Positions 47,983-58,879 of a stretch of 64,000 nucleotides of DNA are shown here, piece after piece. Made by a program: the position numbers and the translations under genes. The notes beneath the pieces were generated by a model. It did no database searches. It was not told where the DNA came from and saw nothing but the letters and a program-made list of their open reading frames with translations. Within the stretch, counting starts at the first letter, position 1. Each line of letters starts with the position of its first letter. The stretch comes from Cellvibrionaceae bacterium (GTDB taxonomy: Bacteria; Pseudomonadota; Gammaproteobacteria; Pseudomonadales; Cellvibrionaceae). Location of the stretch: contig OZ243947.1 in the NCBI GenBank assembly GCA_965214375.1, forward strand, positions 2,318,550 to 2,382,549, read 5' to 3'.

Positions 47983-50415
47983 CTAACGATATGAGGCTTT
48001 CCATTGTTCATACCCATCTATGGAATCATCTAATACTTTATCCCACCGTTTGCCCGTGCCGGCAAGTCCCAATAACTGGAATTCAAGGATGATACCTTCA
48101 TCGTAATTCAAGTTGCTTATATTGCTAGATGTTTGACCGTCACCCAGAAAGCGTTTATAAGCAAATCTAGCCCGATAACAACAGCTGCTGTATTCGACCC
48201 CTAGGAGCTGTTTCAGTTCACGATTATTAGTCATATCATAATTGTAGTGGGCAATAAAGTTCCACTGACTTTTAGAAAATGGCAGTATGGCTGATATCTC
48301 GGCTTGTTCAGTATCATTCCCTCCTGTGTTGCGCAAAAAGCGATAACCTGTGTTAAACAAGGTACTACCATCGCGATAACGTAATGTAAGATTGTTTTCA
48401 TCTACTTGGTTGCCATTATCATCATAAAGAAAACTATTGTTGATGGATAGATGGTTGTTAACGCTGGCATTAATTTGCCCTGCAATAACAGAGCTGTTGC
48501 TAGTATCTGGTGTGCCAGTTAGGGTCACCTTTCTATCATCAAGGTAAAGTGCTTTTCCCAGACTCGCGCTAAATAATTCTCTACCCGACTGCTGATTAAT
48601 GAATCTTGTTGTTAGCCCTATGGATAATTGGTTGGCATCGTCGATTCGGTCACCACCTGAAAAGCGAGTATCATTAAACAGTTGGCTATAGCTGAAGGTT
48701 AAGTCTGAGGTGTCAAAATTAACTGCAGTATTATCACCTGTAATATTAGACTGATCTTCAAATGCGCTATAAAAATAAAACAAGCGTGGCTCAAAGGTTT
48801 GTAGAATACGATTACCAGAACGTTCGAAGAACAGCCCGGTGTCAATCACTGCCTGTGGTACGGTTATACTGGGAGAATTATTTGCAGTTATTGCCAGTCG
48901 ATCCTGATCCAAACTATAACTTAGATGCTTAAATTGGACGCGTGGATTAAAGAAGCCATATTCTGCCTCATTATTAAGTTGTAATGAGTATTTTAAACGA
49001 GCACGATTACCAATAAGTCGAGTATTTCCCGCATGATCACTATCACTATGCGCAAAGCGTGTCCATTCGTTATCCATGCGTAATTCCCAGTCATACCAGT
49101 TATACAAACCATTTAGCGTAATTTCAGGTAATTGTTTGTAAGGGCGTGTAATATTGTTATCTAATACCTGATAACGTGTATTATCAATTGCTAGCTTCCA
49201 GTGATCAAATGCATAAGCGACATTGATTTGTTGTTTCAGACTGATTTCTGTTGAGTCACCCAGAGTGACGTTATCAAAATCATCCAGATAGTCATTATCA
49301 CTGACTTGGCTGTAGTTAATTAATGTAGACCATCGTTGATTTTTGCCGCCTGTTTGGTTCAGACTGGTCAACCAGCGATCATTGCCGCGATTACGTGTTG
49401 CTTCTGCCAAGGTTAAGGAGCCATTATCAATGAGACTCTGGTTGCTTTCAGTCAGTTGATCTGTGTCATTGCTCAGATGGGTAATGATGACTTCTGTATC
49501 AAATTGCTGACTTAAATGGCGTGCTTCGGCTTCCAGCAATGCACCGTGTGCTTCTATCAAATGGGGGGTCAGTATCAGGTCGTAATTTGGTGCCAGATTG
49601 AAATAGTAGGGAATGGAAATGTTAGTGCCGCCATTACTGGAAGCGATACTGGGAAATAAGAAACCACTTTGTCTTTCGTCGCCGACGGGGAAGCGCAAAT
49701 AAGGCCAGTAAAATACAGGAATATCTTTGACAGTAATACGCACATTGGTCGCATATCCTTGATTGCTTTCGGTATCAATAACAATTTTGCTACCTTTTAG
49801 ATCCCAACTATCATTACCTGGCTCACAGTAGGTGAGCGAGCCCTTTTGAATTTTTAGCACCTGTTGCTCTTTCGATAATTTTTCTCCAGTTCCTCGGATA
49901 TGTGCGGAGTGGATAACATAGGTCGCATCATCAATCACCACCATATCCTTGGTTTGCGAGGCAACCCCTTTATTTGCCAACAGCAGTAAGTCCGTATCTC
50001 TTAATGTAAGTTCGCCATCAATCGTAATGGTACGGTTACTTTCATCATACATCGCTTGGTTAGATGAGAGTTGTCGGTAGCCTTGTTTAATAAGAACATC
50101 CCCAATCAATGTGACTTTCCGTTTACCTTCGATCTCGGTAATGTGACTGCTGTTAGATGAGGTTTCCAGAGGTAATTGTGTAATATCTAGATCGACGTTG
50201 TCGTTTGCAATAGGAGAAATATAAGCTCCGCAGCTACCTGGAGTCAGTCGTTGACGTTGCTGCTCGGTTAATTGCTCGTAAGGTACCCAATCCAGAGGTT
50301 GTTTGATATCGGCGGCACTGAATACCGGTATGCAGCTTGCCAGTATGCATAATGTGCGAGGCACGATATAAGGCAGCATACGAGATAAATCGTTGCGCGA
50401 AATAAAAGAAATCAT
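47983..50415 (-). CDS. lptD: LPS assembly protein LptD
   Basis: RQSGFLFPS, PYYFNLAPNYD and FSGGDRIDDANQLS; beta-barrel C-terminus. Confidence 0.95.
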   Translation of the reverse strand: MISFISRNDLSRMLPYIVPRTLCILASCIPVFSAADIKQPLDWVPYEQLTEQQRQRLTPGSCGAYISPIANDNVDLDITQLPLETSSNSSHITEIEGKRKVTLIGDVLIKQGYRQLSSNQAMYDESNRTITIDGELTLRDTDLLLLANKGVASQTKDMVVIDDATYVIHSAHIRGTGEKLSKEQQVLKIQKGSLTYCEPGNDSWDLKGSKIVIDTESNQGYATNVRITVKDIPVFYWPYLRFPVGDERQSGFLFPSIASSNGGTNISIPYYFNLAPNYDLILTPHLIEAHGALLEAEARHLSQQFDTEVIITHLSNDTDQLTESNQSLIDNGSLTLAEATRNRGNDRWLTSLNQTGGKNQRWSTLINYSQVSDNDYLDDFDNVTLGDSTEISLKQQINVAYAFDHWKLAIDNTRYQVLDNNITRPYKQLPEITLNGLYNWYDWELRMDNEWTRFAHSDSDHAGNTRLIGNRARLKYSLQLNNEAEYGFFNPRVQFKHLSYSLDQDRLAITANNSPSITVPQAVIDTGLFFERSGNRILQTFEPRLFYFYSAFEDQSNITGDNTAVNFDTSDLTFSYSQLFNDTRFSGGDRIDDANQLSIGLTTRFINQQSGRELFSASLGKALYLDDRKVTLTGTPDTSNSSVIAGQINASVNNHLSINNSFLYDDNGNQVDENNLTLRYRDGSTLFNTGYRFLRNTGGNDTEQAEISAILPFSKSQWNFIAHYNYDMTNNRELKQLLGVEYSSCCYRARFAYKRFLGDGQTSSNISNLNYDEGIILEFQLLGLAGTGKRWDKVLDDSIDGYEQWKASYR

Positions 50416-50517
50416 ATAACGTAATATCTGGATATCATCAAAAGATGCAATTCTACTGTAAAATTGCGGTTTGGTGGTGGTTAAAATAACAATTCATTCT
50501 CAATAAGGTAGAAGCTA

Positions 50518-51546
50518 ATGCCGGATAGTAGGCAGTTACAAACATGGGTTCTGGATATATTGCAGAGTCGTGGTGTTTCACCGCAAGGTGCCTTATCGCT
50601 CAGTGCTATCAGTGGTGATGCCGGATTCCGGCAATATTTTCGTGTGGATGCAGGTGTCCCTCTCTTAGCTGTTATGGCACCTTTAACTGAAGGTGTCAGT
50701 GAGTCCGCCGCTCATTTTGCGGCACTTGCGCAAGGCTTCAAGCACCATGATATTCCTGTACCCGATATTTTTGCCTGTGATGAAAGCCGCAATTTTTTAC
50801 TAATTGAATGTTTTCAAGGGGGAGATTTGTATGATCAGTTATCTCTTGAAACCGTCGATGCGCTTTACAACCAAGCGTTGTTGATATTACTGCGTTTACA
50901 GCAGATATCCCACTTCAGCGTGCCAGTGGGTGAATACAACGAAGAATTGTTGCTCAATGAAATGCGGTTGTTTGAGGAATGGTTTGTTGAGCAATTGTTG
51001 GGTTATTCCTTATCCGAGGTCGAAAAAACCCAATTAACAGACTGTTTTGATTTTCTGGTCGAGCAAGCGCTACAACAGCCCAGAGTGTTGGTACATCGCG
51101 ATTATCATTCCCGTAACTTAATCTATCGTGGTGCCCAGTTGCCAGGTGTTATTGATTTTCAAGATGCGGTCTGGGGGCCAATGACCTATGATTTAGTCTC
51201 TTTGTTGCGCGATTGTTATATACGCTGGCCTTCTGAAGATGTTAAGCGTTGGGCCTTGAGTTATGGTCGTATGGCTTATGAAGCCGGAGTGTTACCTACG
51301 GCACCTACCGATAAATTCCTGACATGGTTTGATACCATGGGCTTGCAGCGGCATATTAAGGTATTGGGGATTTTTGCACGTTTGTGGTTACGCGATCATA
51401 AAAATCGCTACCTTAAGGACTTACCGCTCGTTATGCGCTATACCCTTGAGGTTGCTGAACAGTATCCACAAACGAAAGCGTTTGCTGAATGGTTTAAGTG
51501 TGTTTTACTGCCTTTGGCAGAAGCACAGCCTTGGTATAAGGATTAG
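50518..51546 (+). CDS. amgK: Anomeric MurNAc/GlcNAc kinase (aminoglycoside phosphotransferase family)
   Basis: GDAGFRQYFR, HRDYHSRNL and QRHIKVLGIFARL; paired with murU, divergent from lptD. Confidence 0.85.
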   Translation: MPDSRQLQTWVLDILQSRGVSPQGALSLSAISGDAGFRQYFRVDAGVPLLAVMAPLTEGVSESAAHFAALAQGFKHHDIPVPDIFACDESRNFLLIECFQGGDLYDQLSLETVDALYNQALLILLRLQQISHFSVPVGEYNEELLLNEMRLFEEWFVEQLLGYSLSEVEKTQLTDCFDFLVEQALQQPRVLVHRDYHSRNLIYRGAQLPGVIDFQDAVWGPMTYDLVSLLRDCYIRWPSEDVKRWALSYGRMAYEAGVLPTAPTDKFLTWFDTMGLQRHIKVLGIFARLWLRDHKNRYLKDLPLVMRYTLEVAEQYPQTKAFAEWFKCVLLPLAEAQPWYKD

Positions 51547-51566
51547 CGCCGAGCAGGAGAAAGCCC

Positions 51567-52253
51567 ATGAAAGCGATGATTTTAGCCGCGGGGCGGGGAG
51601 AGCGTATGCGCCCCTTGACCAATGAGTTGCCGAAGCCATTGTTGTGGGTAGGGGGTAAGCCATTAATCACCTATCACTTGGAAAAGCTGTCACAGTTGGG
51701 CATTCGCGAGGTGATTATTAATATCGCTTATCTCGGTGAAAAAATAAAGGCAGCGTTGTGCGATGGCTCGCAATGGAACTTATCCATTCACTATTCAGAA
51801 GAACCCGAGCCGCTGGAAACAGGCGGCGCCTTGTACCAAGCCTTACCTTTACTCGGTGATGAACCTTTTTTACTGGTTAATGGAGATGTTTGGACAGAGT
51901 TGGATTTTGCGGCCTTGATACAGCCATTCTTACCCGGTTGTTTGGGACGTTTGTTGTTGGTCGATAATCCCACGCACAATACAGCGGGCGATTTTGCGTT
52001 GGATCAGCAGGGTTATCTGCTTAAGGCCGATCAGTGTGTCGGACAAACATATACCTTTTCAGGTATTGCCTGCTTTCATCCAGATGTTATTCGTGCATAT
52101 CCCGAGGTGAGACAAATTTTCCCTCTGCGAGAAGTGTTCCACTATTTCATTGAACGCCAACAGTTACAAGGACAGTATTATGAGGGTGTGTGGCACGATA
52201 TAGGCACCCCTGACCGCCTGAATGCACTGGATCGACGTTTATCGACCAAATAG
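51567..52253 (+). CDS. murU: N-acetylmuramate-1-phosphate uridylyltransferase
   Basis: MKAMILAAGRGERMRPLT, LETGG and DIGTPDRL. Confidence 0.88.
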   Translation: MKAMILAAGRGERMRPLTNELPKPLLWVGGKPLITYHLEKLSQLGIREVIINIAYLGEKIKAALCDGSQWNLSIHYSEEPEPLETGGALYQALPLLGDEPFLLVNGDVWTELDFAALIQPFLPGCLGRLLLVDNPTHNTAGDFALDQQGYLLKADQCVGQTYTFSGIACFHPDVIRAYPEVRQIFPLREVFHYFIERQQLQGQYYEGVWHDIGTPDRLNALDRRLSTK

Positions 52254-52254
52254 C

Positions 52255-53148
52255 TTACAGGTTTTCTTTTGACATCTCTGCTATCAGCCATTCCTTAAAT
52301 GCCTGCATGGCAAATGTCATTTTACGGTTTTTCTGATACACCAAGTAGAACGCTTTTTGTAGAGTGAGGCGAATATCAATAGGGCTGACTAGATCGCCTT
52401 TTTTAATATTGTCTGCAGCCAGACTCACGTCAGCGAGCGCAATACCAACTCCTTTGAGCGCCGCAGTGACTGCCAGTGAACTGCTGGAAAAAGAAATAGG
52501 GCGTTTTGACGGGGTATATTCAGTGTTTGCCGCTGCAAACCATGCGCCCCATTCTTCTTTGTGTTTTTTGACCATCAATAACTTGTGTTGTAACAAATCT
52601 TCCGGTTTTTCGATCGGTGATTTTTCTAGCAGTTGTGGACTGCACACAGGTACACGTTCAGAACTGCGTAAGAAATGGCTCTCGACGCCTTCCCAATCGC
52701 CCACACCAAAGTAAACCGCGATATCAATATCGGTATGTACAAAATCGACAGCATTGGTCGAGGCATTAATGTCTAGATCAATATCCGGGTTGACGACATA
52801 AAAATCATTAATTCTTGGCAGCAACCAATGATTGAGAAATGCGGGTATGACACTGATGCTGAGTTCACCCGTGTTGTGTGATGCAATCAGTTCTTGAGTG
52901 CCTTTATCAATTTCCCGCAACGCTTTTTTAATGTAGGTCAGATATTGTTTGCCTGCGGCAGTAATTTCTACTTGACGTTTCTGACGTTCGAAGAGTTCGA
53001 CACCGACAAAATTTTCCAGTGATTTTATTTGATGGCTGATTGCTGAAGGGGTGACAAACAGTTCTTCGGCAGCTTTATAGAAGCTACCGTTACGTGCGGC
53101 AGACTCGAAACTGCGCAATGCATTGAGTGGAGGTAAACGTTTAATAAT
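52255..53148 (-). CDS. LysR-family regulator (GcvA-like) lacking a canonical start codon
   Basis: KRLPPLNALRSFESAAR...VTPSAISHQIK. The conserved N-terminus is preceded by ATT, not ATG. Confidence 0.85.
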   Translation of the reverse strand: MIKRLPPLNALRSFESAARNGSFYKAAEELFVTPSAISHQIKSLENFVGVELFERQKRQVEITAAGKQYLTYIKKALREIDKGTQELIASHNTGELSISVIPAFLNHWLLPRINDFYVVNPDIDLDINASTNAVDFVHTDIDIAVYFGVGDWEGVESHFLRSSERVPVCSPQLLEKSPIEKPEDLLQHKLLMVKKHKEEWGAWFAAANTEYTPSKRPISFSSSSLAVTAALKGVGIALADVSLAADNIKKGDLVSPIDIRLTLQKAFYLVYQKNRKMTFAMQAFKEWLIAEMSKENL

Positions 53149-53160
53149 GGTTATCCAATG

Positions 53161-53175
53161 ATGAATTTAATTCAT
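53161..53175. promoter_or_regulatory. LysR-type T-N11-A palindrome
   Basis: ATGAAT-tta-ATTCAT between divergent genes. Confidence 0.6.
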
Positions 53176-53301
53176 CTATTAAGTGAAATTTTGTCGTTTG
53201 TTTTTTGATCAGCGGAGGAATACTATAGCATCCGTAAACAGCAAAAAAGACAAGTGTTGCACATTTTATCAGACAGTTTCGTTTTTAATAGGGAATACAC
53301 C

Positions 53302-53463
53302 ATGACTTTAGTAACTCAATATAAAAATGCAGAAGCCATCGCAGTTGTGCGTCAAGCTGAAGAATTACGCAGTGCTGCATTTGTAGCGTTGTTCAAGGCC
53401 GCTGTGCGTAAATTAAAGCAATTAGTTCATCTGCCTTCAGATGATTTAAGAGCATCAGCCTAA
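53302..53463 (+). CDS. Small protein, 53 aa, divergent from the LysR gene
   Basis: SD GGGA; MTLVTQYKNAEAIAVVRQAEELRSAAF...; followed by a terminator. Confidence 0.6.
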   Translation: MTLVTQYKNAEAIAVVRQAEELRSAAFVALFKAAVRKLKQLVHLPSDDLRASA

Positions 53464-53545
53464 TTCGTAGAATCTTCATCCGCTACGACACTAATAGAGT
53501 GCGATTGGCTATCTACTTTATTTGACCTCCTATAGCCGTTTGGTT

Positions 53546-53580
53546 GCCGCCTTAGTTGATTGACTTTGGCGGCTTTTTTA
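53546..53580 (+). terminator. Rho-independent terminator
   Basis: GCCGCC...GGCGGC stem + T6. Confidence 0.7.
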
Positions 53581-53700
53581 TAAGAAATAAATAGTATTTT
53601 GCCCGCATACGTCGTTATCAGCGTACTCATTCAGTCATTTATTATTTATAAACTCTTTCATTGCGTGCGCTTTTGCCTCGTCTGCGAACAAAATCCTTAT

Positions 53701-54468
53701 TTATTTATCACCGCGTAATATTTTCTTGATGCATTCGCTAGCGGCAATGAATCCAAAACTGCCAGTTACCATGCTGCTGGCGCCAAATCCACCGCTACAG
53801 TCTAATTTTGAACCGGCTTCCATCAGTTGTTTCGATTGGCAAGTGCCCACTTGATTGTCAGGGTAAGTCATTTGTTGTGTAGAATAAATGGCACTGACAG
53901 AGAAAACCCGCTTCGGATTACGGCTAAAACCATACAGCCGGCGCAAATTGTTCCTTACTTTCGCCAGCAGCGGATCATTTTTAGTTTTGCTTAAATCACC
54001 AACCATAATCTTTGTGGGGTCTGTTTTGCCGCCCGCTGAACCAATGGTGATGACAGGTATTTTGTTGCGTTTACAATGGTTGATCAACGCGGTTTTAACA
54101 ATAGCGCTATCAATAGCATCAACCACCAATGAGTATTGAGAGCTTATATATTCTTCCAGATTTTTTTTATCGAGAAAATCTTCGATACTATCCACCGTAA
54201 TATCTGGATTAATATCTTGTAGCCGTTCTCCCATCATGACAACTTTGGAACGACCAATAGTGGTTTTCAATGTATGTATCTGACGATTGGTATTGGTAAT
54301 ACAAATATCATCCATGTCCATTAGGCTGATGTTGCCAACACCTGATCGTGCCAGTGCTTCGGCAACCCATGAGCCTACACCACCGATACCAATAACCAGT
54401 ACATGTGATTGTTGTAATGTATCCAGAGCATCCTGCCCGTACAGTCTGACAATCCCATCAAAAAGCAT
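53701..54468 (-). CDS. tcdA: tRNA threonylcarbamoyladenosine dehydratase
   Basis: GIGGVGSW, TNTNRQIH, GSAGGKTDP and LDCSGGFGA. Confidence 0.9.
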   Translation of the reverse strand: MLFDGIVRLYGQDALDTLQQSHVLVIGIGGVGSWVAEALARSGVGNISLMDMDDICITNTNRQIHTLKTTIGRSKVVMMGERLQDINPDITVDSIEDFLDKKNLEEYISSQYSLVVDAIDSAIVKTALINHCKRNKIPVITIGSAGGKTDPTKIMVGDLSKTKNDPLLAKVRNNLRRLYGFSRNPKRVFSVSAIYSTQQMTYPDNQVGTCQSKQLMEAGSKLDCSGGFGASSMVTGSFGFIAASECIKKILRGDK

Positions 54469-54477
54469 CAGTGTTTT

Positions 54478-56166
54478 TTAGAATGCCGTGCATTTATAGG
54501 GCCGGTAGGCAGGGTCCCAGAAGTTGCATTCAATAGCGTTTTCAATATATTCATCGTCCACTTCCAGTGCTACACCATCTTCAATAGCTTGTTTATACAC
54601 CATTTTCGCAATGTATTTGCTGACTATGCGAATATCATTCAAGTCCGGTAACAACTCATCAGATTCGCTATTATGCATCGCTGCATACTCTGCTAACGCG
54701 TAGCTGGATGCCATCAGCATATTATCGGTAACACGACTGGCTCGGCTGGCAACAACACCTAACCCAATACCCGGGAAAATATAACTGTTATTACATTGTG
54801 AGATTGGATAACTCTTGCCCTTATATTGTACGGGGGCGAACGGGCTGCCTGTGGCCACAATGGCTTTGCCTTTTGTCCATTTAATCATGTCTTCTGGCAG
54901 TGCTTCCACTTTTGATGTTGGATTCGATAGTGGCAATACGATAGGGCGTGGCGTGTTGGTTTGCATTTGCTCGATAATCTCTTGAGTAAACAAGCCTGCC
55001 ACCGTTGATACACCGACAATCACCGTTGATTTTGAGTGAGCGACTGTTTCCGCTAGATTTGCCGTTTCGCCACCGATACCCCATTCATTCAGGCGTTCAT
55101 CGGATTGACAAAGGCGTAATTGAAAATCTTTCAGGCCGCTCATACTACCGATTACCAGTCCGCGACTATTAATCATAAAGATACGTTTGCGTGCTTGTTG
55201 ATCACTTAAGCCTTCAGAGACCATTTGTGCCACAATTTGTTCGGCAATACCACAGCCAGCAGAGCCTGCACCACAGAAAGTGACAATCTGGTCTTTCAAC
55301 GGCTCGCCTTTTTCTTTACAGGCAGCTAACAGTGTGCCGACTGTGACCGCAGCGGTACCCTGAATATCGTCATTAAAACTACAGGTACGATCGCGGTAGC
55401 GATCCAATAGACGGTTGGCATGGTGACCCGCAAAGTCTTCAAACTGTACCAACGCATCTGGCCAACGTTTTTGTAGTGCGAGCATAAACATGTCAATAAA
55501 GTCATCGTATTCCTGACCAGTCACCCGTGGATGTTTGACGCCCATATACATAGGGTCATCAATCAAGTTCTGGTTGTTGGTGCCAACATCCAATGTAATG
55601 GGCAGCGTGTAAGCCGGGCTAATGCCTCCACAGGCGGAATATAAAGCCAGTTTGCCAATAGGAATGCCCATACCACCAATACCGAGGTCACCTAACCCCA
55701 AAATGCGTTCGCCATCGGTGACAACGATGACCTTAATGTTGCGTTTTGTCGCATTTTGCAGCATGTCATCAATGTTGTTGCGATCATTATAAGAAATAAA
55801 TAAACCCCGGTGACGACGGTAGATGCGCGAGAATTGCTGGCAGGCTTCACCGACAGTGGGTGTATAGATCAACGGCATGATTTCATTCAGGTTTTCAGTT
55901 ACCAGACGAAAGTACAGTGTTTCATTGGTGTCCTGAATATTGCGCAAATAAATATGTTTATCAATATTGGTGGTAAAAGACCTCAACTGTTCCAGTGCGC
56001 GTGCAGTTTGTTCTTCAATCGTTTCGGTAATATCGGGCAGCAGGCCGGTCAAATTAAAGCTGACGCGTTCTTCTTTAGTGAAAGCACTGCCTTTATTAAG
56101 TAAGGGGGTTTCCAGCAACATAGGACCCGCGTATTGAATATAGAGTGGCTTTGAATTCTGCTTCAT
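54478..56166 (-). CDS. maeA: NAD-dependent malic enzyme
   Basis: [31 protein letters not shown] and PLSNPT. Confidence 0.96.
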   Translation of the reverse strand: MKQNSKPLYIQYAGPMLLETPLLNKGSAFTKEERVSFNLTGLLPDITETIEEQTARALEQLRSFTTNIDKHIYLRNIQDTNETLYFRLVTENLNEIMPLIYTPTVGEACQQFSRIYRRHRGLFISYNDRNNIDDMLQNATKRNIKVIVVTDGERILGLGDLGIGGMGIPIGKLALYSACGGISPAYTLPITLDVGTNNQNLIDDPMYMGVKHPRVTGQEYDDFIDMFMLALQKRWPDALVQFEDFAGHHANRLLDRYRDRTCSFNDDIQGTAAVTVGTLLAACKEKGEPLKDQIVTFCGAGSAGCGIAEQIVAQMVSEGLSDQQARKRIFMINSRGLVIGSMSGLKDFQLRLCQSDERLNEWGIGGETANLAETVAHSKSTVIVGVSTVAGLFTQEIIEQMQTNTPRPIVLPLSNPTSKVEALPEDMIKWTKGKAIVATGSPFAPVQYKGKSYPISQCNNSYIFPGIGLGVVASRASRVTDNMLMASSYALAEYAAMHNSESDELLPDLNDIRIVSKYIAKMVYKQAIEDGVALEVDDEYIENAIECNFWDPAYRPYKCTAF

Positions 56167-56384
56167 GTGAGATTATTTACCGTGCGTAGCGATTAGTTAA
56201 ATGTCTGTGGCGACAGCATAAAGGGGGTGAAAATCAGGTGCCGGATTGTACGCTATTTCCCCTTTGTTTTAAATCCTGCTTTCAATATAGTTGCTAATCC
56301 CGGCCGGTGTGAACTATTTTTATAGTAATACCTCTAAAGTGTTGGTGCTGACCTTAATTTCTACTGAATTAGAAGCGATAAATC

Positions 56385-57364
56385 ATGAGCAACTCTGAAT
56401 ATATCCAATTGTTAAAGAAAAATCCCAAGATCAATCTTTCTGAAAATCAGGTGACCGATGAAGCCTTATTCCAGCAGCGACGACGTTTTATCAAGGCCAG
56501 TATGGCATTGTCGACAGCCGCTTATTTCCCTCACCTTGCATGGGCTTCGTTGACAAGCCTGCAAGAGAAATATGCCAGTTTACCGCAAACCTATATTGTG
56601 TCCGAGGCGGATCCACACAGTTATGAGGATATTACCAGCTACAATAATTGTTATGAGCTAGGTGCGCGGCTAAAGATGACCCAAAACGCAATGCTGATGC
56701 ACTAAAAACAGACCCTTGGAGTGTTGAAATTGCTGGTGAGTGTGCCAAGCCGGGTGTTTATACTTTAGAAGACATTTTGCAGCCACACGCTTTTGAAGAG
56801 CGTATTTACCGTTTTCGATGCGTGGAATCATGGTCCATGGTGATTCCCTGGGTTGGGTTTTCATTGGCAGATTTGCTCAAACGGTTTGAGCCGAATAGTA
56901 AAGCCAAATATGTCGCTTTTGAAACCATTTATGATAAAGAAAATCCGTTGCCGGGACAGCGTCGTAAAATTCTTGAGTGGCAGTATCGTGAGGGGCTAAG
57001 AATGGATGAAGCAATGCATCCCCTGACTATGATTGCAACGGGTCTTTATGGCAAGCCGCTGCCTAATCAAAATGGTGCTCCTCTGCGTTTGGTCGTGCCA
57101 TGGAAGTATGGTTTTAAAATTATTAAATCCATTGTTAGCATTCGTTTTAGTGAGACCCAGCCCGAGACCAGTTGGAATATGTCGGCACCGAATGAGTATG
57201 GTTTTTATTCCAATGTGAACCCCAGAGTGAATCATCCCCGCTGGAGCCAGCGTAAAGAACGTGTGATTGGAAAACTATTTAAGCAAAATACTCTGATGTT
57301 TAATGGTTACGAAAAAGAAGTGGCGAGCCTTTATGCTGGAATGGATTTAAGAAAGTTCTATTGA
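56385..57364 (+). pseudogene. msrP: Protein-methionine-sulfoxide reductase catalytic subunit, frameshifted
   Basis: Tat signal QQRRRFIK; frameshift near 56665; then [14 protein letters not shown] and PWKYGFK. Confidence 0.9.
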
Positions 57365-57392
57365 GTTCTTTTTTTGGGGTAATGATATTTTA

Positions 57393-57977
57393 TTGATTGT
57401 GAAAACGATTCCTACTATTCAATCCCTTATCATTCTATTTTGTATTGGTCATATCAGCTTTCTTTTTTATGCGATGATTAATGGTAGTTTGGGTGTTAAT
57501 CCGATTGAGGTCTTTACTCACATCACGGGTAATTGGGCGCTCTATTTTCTGTTGGCGACACTGGCTATTACACCCTTGAGGCGGTTGTTCCGTTGAAATG
57601 TACTTATTCGTTTTCGTCGTTTGTTGGGGCTTTGTAGTTTTTTCTATGTGTGTATGCACTTATGGGTCTATGTGTTGTTCGACCATTTCTTTGACTGGCA
57701 AGGTGTTCTCGAAGATATCATTGATCGCCCCTACATCACGGTTGGTTTTGTGGCTTTTTTTATCCTGCTGGTTTTAGCGATTACGTCGTTTTCGGCATTG
57801 CAGCGTGGTTTGGGCAAGCGCTGGATTACTTTGCATCAAAGTGTCTATATTGCGGCTGTTTTAGTGATTGTGCACTATTGGTGGCTGGTAAAGGCAGATG
57901 TTTTTTTACCCTTAGTGTATGCTATCTTGCTAGCCATCTTACTATTGATTCGAGTGTATTATCGCTTATGTCGTTAG
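57393..57977 (+). pseudogene. msrQ: Heme-binding membrane subunit MsrQ with in-frame TGA
   Basis: TGNWAL...TPLRR then TGA (57594-57596); the same frame continues RRLLGL...LHQSVY. Confidence 0.88.
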
Positions 57978-58273
57978 CACAGGCCCCTGAGGGGGCTTAC
58001 GAGCGCTTTTGTTTGGTGCTTTCACACATTCCGTCGGGGAATGTCTGCAGTTATGGTCGTTTGGCCGAGTTGGCGGAACTGAGTGGGCCGCGTCATACCT
58101 GTCAACTATTGCGACGTTTGCCACATGGCTCGCATTTGCCTTGGTTCCGTATTGTGAACGCACAAGGCAAGCTGGCTGGCTTTCAAGGGGCCTCAAAACA
58201 GCGTGCTTTACTGGAAAACGAAGGTATTTGTTTTACCGATAAAGGACGTATTCCCAAGCATTATTTTGTGTGA
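57968..58273 (+). CDS. MGMT/ATL family DNA-alkylation binding protein
   Basis: IPSGNVCSYG and LPWFRIVN (ATL-type, no catalytic Cys). Confidence 0.85.
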   Translation: MSLAQAPEGAYERFCLVLSHIPSGNVCSYGRLAELAELSGPRHTCQLLRRLPHGSHLPWFRIVNAQGKLAGFQGASKQRALLENEGICFTDKGRIPKHYFV

Positions 58274-58286
58274 TCATGGCTGGCTG

Positions 58287-58820
58287 ATGCTAATTGCCCC
58301 TATTGATACCCGTAAACAGCAAGAAATTATTGCTGAAGTTGATCGCTACCTTTTGATGGCAGAAGGGCTTTATCAGTGTTGCTTCGATATGATCGATATT
58401 CGTTTTGATCTCAAAGGTAAAGTGGCGGGGATGTATAAGGTAACCTTTGGCCGTGGTGCTCAAGATTTTGAGCGTGTTTTACGCTTCAATCCATGGTTGT
58501 TTGCCACATACCCTGACGATATTTGGTGTAATACCATACCCCATGAGGTGGCGCATTATATTGTCGATTGTTTGCACGGTTTTTCAAACGTACGACCTCA
58601 TGGTAAAGAGTGGCGTGCCGTTATGGCCGCTTTTGGTGCCGAGCCTCTAGTGAGAGCCAATTATGACCTTGAAGGTATTCCTGTAAGGAAGGTGCAACGT
58701 TACTCTTACCGTTGTGATTGTCGGGAGGTGTTACTCAGCAGCCAGCGTCATCGTAAAATTCAGTCTTTATCGGCAGTATATCGCTGCCGTGATTGCGGCG
58801 GCATATTACACTTGAGTTAA
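58287..58820 (+). CDS. SprT-like zinc metalloprotease domain protein
   Basis: PHEVAH, PHGKEW and YRCDC...YRCRDC. Confidence 0.88.
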   Translation: MLIAPIDTRKQQEIIAEVDRYLLMAEGLYQCCFDMIDIRFDLKGKVAGMYKVTFGRGAQDFERVLRFNPWLFATYPDDIWCNTIPHEVAHYIVDCLHGFSNVRPHGKEWRAVMAAFGAEPLVRANYDLEGIPVRKVQRYSYRCDCREVLLSSQRHRKIQSLSAVYRCRDCGGILHLS

Positions 58821-58879
58821 GGTAAATGCTCTATTACTCTTATCTCTGAATCTGAAATATAACCAAGGAAAATCGGGTC

